This document shows, in pieces, positions 35,867 to 43,477 of a stretch of DNA of 45,468 nucleotides (the first letter of the stretch is position 1; each line of letters begins with the position of its first letter). Origin of the DNA: Gaiellaceae bacterium (GTDB taxonomy: Bacteria > Actinomycetota > Thermoleophilia > Gaiellales > Gaiellaceae); the NCBI GenBank assembly GCA_039931575.1, contig JBDTRS010000001.1, positions 1-45,468 of the forward strand, read 5' to 3'. The notes under the pieces are model-generated. The model was not told the origin of the DNA, searched no databases, and worked only from the letters and a program-made list of their open reading frames with translations. The position numbers were made by a program, and so were the translations under genes.

Positions 35867-37111
35867 TCACGCGACCACTTTCTCACGAACGGAAGCAGCC
35901 AGCACACGGGCCGCCTCGCGGCCGCTTCGGATGGCCCCTTCCATCGTGGCGGGCCACCCGGTATCGGTCCACGCGCCCGCTCGCACGACGTCCGGCCGCC
36001 TCGTTCGGGGTCCCGGGCGCTCTCGGGTGGTGCCCGGGCGCGCCGCGAACGTCGCCGCAGGTTCACGGCTCACCCGTGACCACAGGACCTCGGCGCGGCC
36101 GAGTCGCGCGGTCACCTCGCCGGCGATGTGATCCACGAGCGCCCGGCCGCGGAGCTGGAGCAGCTCCGGCGCACCACTCGAGACGACGGTCAGGTACTGC
36201 CCCTGCTCGGGCACATGGCCCGTCAGGGCGCCGCGGTCGAAGACCCAGTGCGCGTCGCTGCCTAGGAGCGCCGCCAGAGGAAAGCGCAGGACCGGGCGGT
36301 CGAGAAGGAGATGGACGCTGACGATGGGCGAATCCACGAGCCGGGGCGGTGCCTCTCCGAGCAGCCGGGCGCTCTCGGCAGGCGGGACCGCGAGAACGAC
36401 CCCGTCCGAATCGAGCTCGTCGAGCGAGCCCACGCGGGTGTCGAGGGAGATCTCCCCTCCCCGCCTGCGTAGCTCCTCGCCTGCCGCCTCGCCGTGCATC
36501 TCGCCGAGGGGCGCCGTGGGAAGGAGAAGATCGCTGGCGCCCCGGCCGGCGAGCAAGGCCGTTTGCACCGTGAAGATTCCGAGCTCAGCGCTCACGTCGT
36601 CGCTTCTCAGGTTGAGCGCCGGCCGGACGAAGACGTCCCAGAAGCGATCGATTCCGGCCTGGGACTGCCCAAGCCGCCGCAGAAGCGCGCCAAAGGTCTC
36701 CTCATCGTGGAGAGCGGGGTCCAGCTTGGCCAGCCGCCGCGCGACGCGCGCCACCGCCAGCCGCTCTGCCACGTCGAGGTGCACGTAGCGCAGCAGCCCG
36801 ACGAGCCCTGGTCGGATCGTCGCGACGCGACCGTCCTCCGCGACAACCGGGAGCCGGAGCCGGAGTCGGCGCAGGGCGGGCTCCTGCCCGATCTCGGCGA
36901 CGAACGCGAGATACGCCGTGCAGCAGCCGAGGGCAATGTGCTGCCCGTTGTCCGGAGGCGGACTCGGGTCTCCCTCACGCTCCGGCAAGGTCTGAACCGC
37001 GCCCCCGAGCGTCGGCCTCGCCTCGAGGAGAACCACGTCGTTCCCCTCCTTCGAGAGCTCGAGCGCAGCCGCGAGCCCGGCAAGCCCGCCGCCGACGACG
37101 GCCACCTTCAC
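35867..37111 (-). CDS. hpnE: FAD-dependent amine-oxidase-family hydroxysqualene dehydroxylase
   Basis: MKVAVVGGGLAGLAAALEL dinucleotide fold. Position between hpnD and shc. Confidence 0.8.
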   Translation of the reverse strand: MKVAVVGGGLAGLAAALELSKEGNDVVLLEARPTLGGAVQTLPEREGDPSPPPDNGQHIALGCCTAYLAFVAEIGQEPALRRLRLRLPVVAEDGRVATIRPGLVGLLRYVHLDVAERLAVARVARRLAKLDPALHDEETFGALLRRLGQSQAGIDRFWDVFVRPALNLRSDDVSAELGIFTVQTALLAGRGASDLLLPTAPLGEMHGEAAGEELRRRGGEISLDTRVGSLDELDSDGVVLAVPPAESARLLGEAPPRLVDSPIVSVHLLLDRPVLRFPLAALLGSDAHWVFDRGALTGHVPEQGQYLTVVSSGAPELLQLRGRALVDHIAGEVTARLGRAEVLWSRVSREPAATFAARPGTTRERPGPRTRRPDVVRAGAWTDTGWPATMEGAIRSGREAARVLAASVREKVVA

Positions 37112-37932
37112 AGCGCAGCCACCGCCTTCATCTTTCCCACGGCGGAGAGGTGCGGCCGCTCGCTGAAGACGTCGTACTCGCGAGTCCGCATCTGCTGGAG
37201 CAGCCCGCTGTAGATGCCTGCGAAGGTGCGAACGCAGAGCGCGCTGCGGCGATCCAGGAGCGGGAGCAGCTCGAGGCCCTCGCGCATGAGCGCGTCAGCG
37301 CGCACCGCCTGATGCTCCATGAGCGGTCGCCATCCGGGCCCGCGGCGACCGGCGGCGATCTCTTCTTCGGACACGCCGAACCGTTCGAGCTCGTCCTGGG
37401 GCAGGTAGACGCGCCCCAGTGACCAGTCCTCGGGAACGTCGCGCATGATGTTGATCTGCTGGAGCGCGAGTCCGAGCGTCTCAGCCCTGGGGTGGGCCGC
37501 TTTCCAGCTCGTAGGCCCATACACGGCGGCGCACGCCACGCCCACGGCCCCCGCCACGCGGCGACAGTACTCGCGAAGCTCGTCCCAGCTGGCGTAACGG
37601 CTGTACTCGCAATCCATGAGGGCACCGTCGACGAGGTCGACGAGCGCCTGCTGCGGAATCGGATAGCGCTCCATCGCGTCGGCGAGTGCGACGAGCACGG
37701 CATTTCCGTCCTGCGAGGCGGGAAGAGCCGCCACGGCGCTTCGCCATGAGTCGAGCTCGGCCCGCGCGGGCTGCTCACGGTCGGCGAGATCGTCCACCTG
37801 CCGGGCGAAGGCATAGAGAGCGGCGATCGCCCGGCGTTTCGGGGCAGGGAGGACGCGGATCCCCCAGGCGAAGTTCTTCGCCGTCTCCCGTGTGATCCGA
37901 TCGGTCTCGGCGTAGGCTTCTTCCGTGTTCAT
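37108..37932 (-). CDS. hpnD: Presqualene diphosphate synthase (squalene/phytoene synthase family)
   Basis: YAFARQVDDLAD and QQINIMRDVPED Asp-rich motifs. ATGA overlap with the hpnC stop. Start is the internal ATG at 37932. Confidence 0.8.
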   Translation of the reverse strand: MNTEEAYAETDRITRETAKNFAWGIRVLPAPKRRAIAALYAFARQVDDLADREQPARAELDSWRSAVAALPASQDGNAVLVALADAMERYPIPQQALVDLVDGALMDCEYSRYASWDELREYCRRVAGAVGVACAAVYGPTSWKAAHPRAETLGLALQQINIMRDVPEDWSLGRVYLPQDELERFGVSEEEIAAGRRGPGWRPLMEHQAVRADALMREGLELLPLLDRRSALCVRTFAGIYSGLLQQMRTREYDVFSERPHLSAVGKMKAVAAL

Positions 37933-38768
37933 CGACGCACGAGCTCCCGGAGCGCGAGGAGCGCGAACGTCAGCCTGGTGGGCGCCGGGCGCCTCGTGAA
38001 CACATCCCAACCGGCCCGTTCGAGCGCATGGAGAGCGGCGAGGCCGCCGCGTGCGTACAGGGCGACGGACATTCCAGGTCGCCCCCCGAGTGCACGCGCA
38101 AGCGGGGCACCGGCCTCGAGCAGCGTGCGCGCCCGCTCGCCTTCAAATCGCAGGAGTGCTGCCACCGGCTCGGTCAACGGCCCCGCGAGATCGCCGTCCG
38201 ACACCCCGAAGCGCGCCAGCTCGTCCTGCGGGAGATAGACGCGGCCGAGCGCGAGATCTCGCGGCGGGTCCTGGAGGAAGTTGACGAGCTGGAGCCCGGT
38301 GCAGACGGAGTCGCTCAGGCGCGAGAGCTCTGGCTCGCCGGCGCGGCCGTAGACCCCCAGGACGAGGCGACCCACAGGGTCGGCCGAGTAGCTGCAGTAG
38401 TCGCGCACCTCCTCCCAGCTGGCATACCGCGTCTTACGCTGGTCGATCCGGTTTGCCTCGATCAGGCGCCGGAACGGGTCGGCCGGGAGGGTACATGCCG
38501 TCATCGTCGTCCGCAGGCGCCGCATGATCTCCGTGCGGGGCGAGCCGGCGAGCTCCCGCTCCAGCTCGTCGAGAAGCGCGAGCCGGTCTCCTTCGGCTTC
38601 GTCGCCAAGGTTGTCGACGAGCCGGGCGAAGCCGTAGATCGCCCGCAGGTGCGGTCGGGCTGCCCGCGGGGCGAGCAGGGACGCAACAGGAAAGTTCTCG
38701 CCGCCGGCGCGTGCGTCGATGCGCTCGGCGGCCAACTCCGGCGCTTCGAGGAGGCTCGTCGCGGGCAT
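37929..38768 (-). CDS. hpnC: Hydroxysqualene synthase (squalene/phytoene synthase family)
   Basis: ENFPVAS, YGFARLVDNLGDE, LQLVNFLQDPPRD. Confidence 0.8.
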   Translation of the reverse strand: MPATSLLEAPELAAERIDARAGGENFPVASLLAPRAARPHLRAIYGFARLVDNLGDEAEGDRLALLDELERELAGSPRTEIMRRLRTTMTACTLPADPFRRLIEANRIDQRKTRYASWEEVRDYCSYSADPVGRLVLGVYGRAGEPELSRLSDSVCTGLQLVNFLQDPPRDLALGRVYLPQDELARFGVSDGDLAGPLTEPVAALLRFEGERARTLLEAGAPLARALGGRPGMSVALYARGGLAALHALERAGWDVFTRRPAPTRLTFALLALRELVRR

Positions 38769-38781
38769 GGCGTCTCATAGT

Positions 38782-39573
38782 ATGGAGCGCCGCCGCCTCG
38801 GAAAAACCGGCGTCGAGATTCCGGTTGTCGGCCTCGGAACCTGGCTGACCTTCGACCTCGGCCCCGACGGGCAGAGCCTGGCCGACGAGGTCGTGGAGGC
38901 CGCGCACCGTCGAGGCACACGGCTCTTCGACTCCTCCCCGATGTATGGACGGGCGCAGGAGGTACTCGGCCTGGCCGTGGAGAGGCGCCGCGAGGAGGTT
39001 TTCATCGCGACGAAGATCTGGACACCGTCCCAGGAGCAGGGCCGCTTCCAGCTCGAGGCGCAGCTCCGCTTCTTCGGTGGCCGTGTCGACCTCGAGCAGT
39101 TGCACAACCTCGTCGCCTGGGAGCAACACCTCTCGTGGCTACGGCAGGAACGGGACGCGGGGCGCGTCCGGTTCCTCGGGGCAACGCAGTACCAAGCGTC
39201 GGCCTTCGACGAGCTCGAGGCGGTGATGAAGACAGGCGAGATCGACGCCGTCCAGGTCCCGTACAACCCGTCGGAGCGGGAGGCGGAGCGGCGCATCCTG
39301 CCCCTGGCCGAAGAGCTCGGCCTCGGGGTCATCGTCATGCGGCCCTACGCCGAGGGGGCGCTGCTCCCTGGCCCCGGGCCGGCGGAGCTCGAGCCGCTCG
39401 GCGTCTCGACCTGGACGGAGGCCCTGCTCAAGTGGATCCTGTCCGACGACCGGGTCACCTGCGTGATTCCTGCCACTACGAACCCGGCTCATTCGGCGGC
39501 CAACGGCGCGGCCGGCGAGGGCCCGTGGTTCGACGACGAACAGCGGAGAATGGTCGAAAAGCTCGCATCGTGA
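38782..39573 (+). CDS. Aldo/keto reductase
   Basis: MERRRLGKTGVEIPVVGLGTW, SSPMYG, and AKR-like length. An alternative ATG at 38767 overlaps the hpnC start codon. Confidence 0.85.
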   Translation: MERRRLGKTGVEIPVVGLGTWLTFDLGPDGQSLADEVVEAAHRRGTRLFDSSPMYGRAQEVLGLAVERRREEVFIATKIWTPSQEQGRFQLEAQLRFFGGRVDLEQLHNLVAWEQHLSWLRQERDAGRVRFLGATQYQASAFDELEAVMKTGEIDAVQVPYNPSEREAERRILPLAEELGLGVIVMRPYAEGALLPGPGPAELEPLGVSTWTEALLKWILSDDRVTCVIPATTNPAHSAANGAAGEGPWFDDEQRRMVEKLAS

Positions 39574-39609
39574 TCGAGGGTGGACGGACGGAGCGCGGCC
39601 GGCAGGTGC

Positions 39610-40755
39610 TCAGCCTGGCTCGACGCCGAGCTCTCCGAGCACCTCAGCGGTGTGCTCGCCGAGCCCGGGAACCGGACCTAGCTCCGGCCGCTCTCCCGCG
39701 ACGAGAAACGGGTTGCCGACGGTCGGAATCGGGCCGGCCGGCGAGCCGACCTCGGCGATGAGCCGATTGTGCGCCAGCTGCGGGTGCTCCATCACCTCCG
39801 GCATGGCGTTGACGGCGCCGCAAGGAATCCGCGCAGCCTGCAGGCGCTCGAGCCACTCGGCAGCAGTGGCTCCTGCGAACAACCGCACGAGCTCGGGCTC
39901 GAGCTCGTTCCGCGCCCGTACGCGGGATTCATTCGTTGCGAAGCGCTCCTCCTCATAGAGGTCGGGCCGGGAGACCACGTCCAGGCAGAGGGCGCACCAA
40001 TGCTCGTCGGAAAGAACGGCCAGCCCGAAGAGCTGTCCGTCACCCGCAGGGTAGGGCCCGTAGGGGCAGAAATGCGGGTGCCGCATACCCGTGCGCTCGG
40101 GCACCTCCTGGCGATGCCACCAGACGTGCGGGAAGTACCCGAGCCAGTCGATCATCGTGTCGAAGAGAGAGACCGAGACGCGCTCTCCCTCGCCAGTCCT
40201 CGCTCGCCGGGCGAGCGCGGCGGCGGTCGCGACAGCGGCGTAGCTTCCGGCACCGACGTCGCAGATGGAGACGCCCACGCGCGCGGGCTCCTCGGGAGTG
40301 CCGGTCACGGAGATCAGCCCGGTCTCTCCCTGGACGACGAGATCGTAGGCGTTCCGCTCCGCGTACGGTCCGTCCGGGCCGTAGCCGGAGATCTCGGTGT
40401 AGACGATGTCGGGCCGGATCGCGCGAACGCTTTCCTCGTCGAGGGCGACGCGGGCAGCCCAGCCCGGGGTGTAGTTCTGGAGGAAGACGTCACTCGCCGC
40501 GATCAGGCGCTCGAGCGTCGGCCTCGCCGCGTCGTCCTTGACGTCGAGCTCCACGCTCCGCTTGCCCCGGTTCATCCAGACAAACCCGCTCGACTCACCG
40601 TTGGCGACCGTGTCCCAGCCGCGTGTGACGTCGCCGATCCCGGGCCGCTCGATCTTGATCACCTCGGCGCCCAGATCGGCGAGCAGACGCGAGCAGAGCG
40701 GGCCCGCGAGGCCGTTCTCGCAGGCGAGCACGCGGGTGCCTTCGAGAAGTGGCAC
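39610..40755 (-). CDS. Family III CoA-transferase (CaiB/BaiF)
   Basis: VPLLEGTRVLACENGLAGPLCSRLLADLGAEVIKIERP. GTG 40755 chosen. The upstream 50 aa of the track ORF look non-coding. Confidence 0.85.
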   Translation of the reverse strand: MPLLEGTRVLACENGLAGPLCSRLLADLGAEVIKIERPGIGDVTRGWDTVANGESSGFVWMNRGKRSVELDVKDDAARPTLERLIAASDVFLQNYTPGWAARVALDEESVRAIRPDIVYTEISGYGPDGPYAERNAYDLVVQGETGLISVTGTPEEPARVGVSICDVGAGSYAAVATAAALARRARTGEGERVSVSLFDTMIDWLGYFPHVWWHRQEVPERTGMRHPHFCPYGPYPAGDGQLFGLAVLSDEHWCALCLDVVSRPDLYEEERFATNESRVRARNELEPELVRLFAGATAAEWLERLQAARIPCGAVNAMPEVMEHPQLAHNRLIAEVGSPAGPIPTVGNPFLVAGERPELGPVPGLGEHTAEVLGELGVEPG

Positions 40756-40884
40756 CCGCGTACAGTATTTCCTCGTGCACTGGGGTGCCGCTGGCAATGG
40801 AGGCGAGCCCGAGGGGCGACGGACAGTGCCTCCCAGCCCCGAGGGCGAAGCATCCTGCCGCCAGCGGCTCCAGGCGGCGCGCGG

Positions 40885-40903
40885 AGCCGGGCTTCGCCCG
40901 GCC
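40885..40903 (-). terminator. GC-rich stem-loop (AGCCGGGC-TTC-GCCCGGCC) downstream of the VOC gene; no U-tract
   Basis: Read directly, 30 nt after the stop at 40933. Only a candidate, because no T-run follows. Confidence 0.35.
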
Positions 40904-40932
40904 ACAGCCTGCCGCCGCCCAGAGTGCGAGGG

Positions 40933-41280
40933 CTACATTCCTTCGACTAGGCCGACCACGTGACCTTCCGGATCGGCGAAGAGGCCGATGGTCACCATGT
41001 CACCGAGCTCGGTGCGCGGCATGACCGTCTTGCCCCCGAGACTCTCAGCCTTCTCGAGGTGCTTCGCGATGTCGTCGGTCTGGACGTAGAACGTCACGTG
41101 ACCATCCCCCTGCTCGGTTCCACCGACGCCCCCGTTAATGCCCTCGCCACCGTTGTCGACGATCCCGTAGTTCATGGGGTTGTCGGTCTTCATCTTCCAG
41201 TCGAAGAGGTCACCGTAGAAGCTCTGGAGCTTGGCTCCGTCCTTCCCGACCACCTCGAAGTGGATAACCGGATTTCCCAT
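40933..41280 (-). CDS. VOC/glyoxalase-family protein
   Basis: 115 aa from ATG 41280, preceded by AGGAGGAGAA. MGNPVIHFEVVGKDGAKLQSFYGDLFDW is typical of glyoxalase-like proteins. Confidence 0.8.
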   Translation of the reverse strand: MGNPVIHFEVVGKDGAKLQSFYGDLFDWKMKTDNPMNYGIVDNGGEGINGGVGGTEQGDGHVTFYVQTDDIAKHLEKAESLGGKTVMPRTELGDMVTIGLFADPEGHVVGLVEGM

Positions 41281-41296
41281 TTCTCCTCCTCTGGCG

Positions 41297-41764
41297 TTAT
41301 GCGGATTTCGTTGGCCCGCCCGAGGCGTGCGAATCGACGCCCGGGTCCTCCCCGGCGGCAGCCTTCGCCAGCCGCGCGAGGAAGTGCTCCCAACCCTGCC
41401 CGTGGATCGCCCGCTCGTCCTCCGGGAGGTCGAGGTGGCGAAGTCTGACGATGGTTCCGTCCCCGTCGGGGACGAGATCGATCTCGACCCGGCTCGACCC
41501 CGGTGGCACCGGGTTGGAGATCCCTTCCCAGCCCCATGTGAAGACGACCCGGTTCGGCGGGTCGACCTCGACGTACTCGCCGCGCGCGACCGCCATGTCG
41601 CTGATGTCCACGCGGTAGATCCCACCGGGCCGCGGATCGAGCTCCGCCTGCCGGCCCTTCCACTGGGTCATCTTCTCGGGATCGACGAAGAACTCAAAAA
41701 CGGTGTCCGGCTGCGCGGCGATCCGGATCTCCTGCTCGATGGCGTTACCCTGGTCGACTGGCAC
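41297..41764 (-). CDS. SRPBCC / AHSA1-like domain protein
   Basis: IRIAAQPDTVFEFFVDPEKMTQW...VVFTWGW. Usual partner of ArsR-type regulators. Confidence 0.8.
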   Translation of the reverse strand: MPVDQGNAIEQEIRIAAQPDTVFEFFVDPEKMTQWKGRQAELDPRPGGIYRVDISDMAVARGEYVEVDPPNRVVFTWGWEGISNPVPPGSSRVEIDLVPDGDGTIVRLRHLDLPEDERAIHGQGWEHFLARLAKAAAGEDPGVDSHASGGPTKSA

Positions 41765-42071
41765 GTCGTCTCCTCCCCTCCTCGAGCTCCGCTGCGAGCT
41801 TGAGCCTTTCGAGGCCCTCGCCCCAGAACTTCTCGAGGAACGCTTTCAGGTCGATGAAGCCCTCCGGCCGAGCCCTGTAGAACCGGCGGGTGCCCTCGCG
41901 GCGCTCGACCACGAGGCCGGCGGATTTGAGCACCGTCAAGTGCTGCGAGACGGCCGGGCGCGTGATGTCGAACTCCCCGGCGATCTCCCCGGCGGAGCGC
42001 TCGTCCTCTGCCACGAGCTCCAGGATACGACGGCGGTTGGGTTCCGCGATGGCCCGAAGGGCGGCTTCCAT
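41745..42071 (-). CDS. ArsR/SmtB-family transcriptional regulator
   Basis: LRAIAEPNRRRILELV...SAGEIAGEFDITRPAVSQHLTVLKSAGLV. Confidence 0.9.
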   Translation of the reverse strand: MEAALRAIAEPNRRRILELVAEDERSAGEIAGEFDITRPAVSQHLTVLKSAGLVVERREGTRRFYRARPEGFIDLKAFLEKFWGEGLERLKLAAELEEGRRRRASRPG

Positions 42072-42080
42072 CCCGGTATT

Positions 42081-42096
42081 GTAAGCAGATGCTTAC
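42081..42096. promoter_or_regulatory. 7-2-7 inverted repeat GTAAGCA-GA-TGCTTAC, candidate ArsR operator
   Basis: Read directly. It lies 10 nt upstream of the ArsR start codon, in the divergent 87-bp intergenic region. Confidence 0.5.
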
Positions 42097-42158
42097 GTAA
42101 GACGCAACTAACTATCAGCGGGCGGCTAGCATCGGCCTGACAGCGAGAAGGAGAAGAG

Positions 42159-42554
42159 ATGGCTGAGCTGAGCGAGAAGGCCCGGAAGCTTTTCCAAGAC
42201 CCGAACTTTCTCTTCGTTGCGACGATCAACGCGGACGGGTCCCCGCAGGTGACTCCCGTCTGGACGGCGCTCGACAACGGCCACATCACGTTCAACACTG
42301 CCGTCGGACGCGTCAAGGAGCGCAACATGCGCCGCGACCCGCGCGTGGGCCTCTCGATCACGGCGAAGGACAACCCCATGGACAAGGTCGACGTCGCCGG
42401 CCGCGTGGTCGACTTCATCGAGGGCGACGAGGCGTACGCGCAGATCGACGACCTGGCGGAGAAGTACATCGGCCAACGCCCGTACCCCTGGCTCCAGGAG
42501 GGCGAAAAGCGCGTGAAGATCGTCGTCGAGCCCGTACGCGTGCACGAGATGTGA
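42159..42554 (+). CDS. PPOX-class (pyridoxamine 5'-phosphate oxidase-like), probably F420-dependent, protein
   Basis: FLFVATINADGSPQVTPVW...RVKERNMRRDPRV. RBS GAAGGAGAAGAG. Confidence 0.75.
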   Translation: MAELSEKARKLFQDPNFLFVATINADGSPQVTPVWTALDNGHITFNTAVGRVKERNMRRDPRVGLSITAKDNPMDKVDVAGRVVDFIEGDEAYAQIDDLAEKYIGQRPYPWLQEGEKRVKIVVEPVRVHEM

Positions 42555-43477
42555 GCCTGCTCTACCTGTCGCGCGAGGAGGTCGCCGGCCTCCTTCCGCC
42601 GATCGCCGCGCAACTCGACCTCGTCGAGGAGACATATCGTGCCGTCGCTTCCGGCCGCGTCGAGCTCCCCCCGAAGCCGGGCATCCACCCGCGCCCCGAT
42701 TCGTTCATTCACGCCATGCCGGCGTATCTGCGGGACGAGGATGTCGCCGCTCTCAAATGGGTCGCGGGCTACCCTCGGAACAAGGAGCGGGGCCTTCCCT
42801 ACATCAGCGGCCTGATTGTCCTGAACGACGCGGAGACCGGGTTGCCCGAGGCCGTCATGGACGGAGCCGAGATCACAGCCGCCCGCACGGCCGCCGCGAG
42901 CGGGGTGTGCATTCGCCGGTTCGCCCCTGAGCAATGGTCGAGCGCGGCCATCCTCGGCTGCGGCGAGCAGGGGCGCTTCCACGCCCGCGTGCTCGAAGAG
43001 CTCTCGCCGGAGGTCTCGATCCGGGCCTACGATCCCCATCCAGAGCGGATCGCCACGCTCGGCAACGGCATCGTAGCCGCGGCGGGGGCACGAGAGGCAG
43101 TCGACGGCGCGGACGTGGTCGTGACGGCTGGGCCGATCGTCGAGAACCCGGACTCCCCGCTCTCTTCCGACTGGCTCGCCGAGCGTTCGCTCGGGCTCCC
43201 GATCGACTTCGATTTCTACTTCAGCGCGGAGGCGGTCGCTACGGCCGACCTGTTCCTGGTCGACGATGTCGATCAGTTCGAGTACTACCGCTCCCTGGGG
43301 CACTTCCAGGGCTGGCCGGAGGCGGCCGGGAGCGTCGGCGATGCACTCACCAAGGACGGCAAGCCCGCGCGCGTCGTCTGCTGCAACCTCGGGATCGGCG
43401 CGCTCGACGCGGCCTTCGCGAGCAGGGTCCTCGCAGCAGCGCGCGAGGGCGGCGGCGGGGTGGAACTGCCGCTCTAG
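42551..43477 (+). CDS. Ornithine cyclodeaminase / mu-crystallin family protein
   Basis: ALKWVAGYPRN, ITAARTAAASGV, ILGCGEQG Rossmann motif. Confidence 0.8.
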   Translation: MSLLYLSREEVAGLLPPIAAQLDLVEETYRAVASGRVELPPKPGIHPRPDSFIHAMPAYLRDEDVAALKWVAGYPRNKERGLPYISGLIVLNDAETGLPEAVMDGAEITAARTAAASGVCIRRFAPEQWSSAAILGCGEQGRFHARVLEELSPEVSIRAYDPHPERIATLGNGIVAAAGAREAVDGADVVVTAGPIVENPDSPLSSDWLAERSLGLPIDFDFYFSAEAVATADLFLVDDVDQFEYYRSLGHFQGWPEAAGSVGDALTKDGKPARVVCCNLGIGALDAAFASRVLAAAREGGGGVELPL

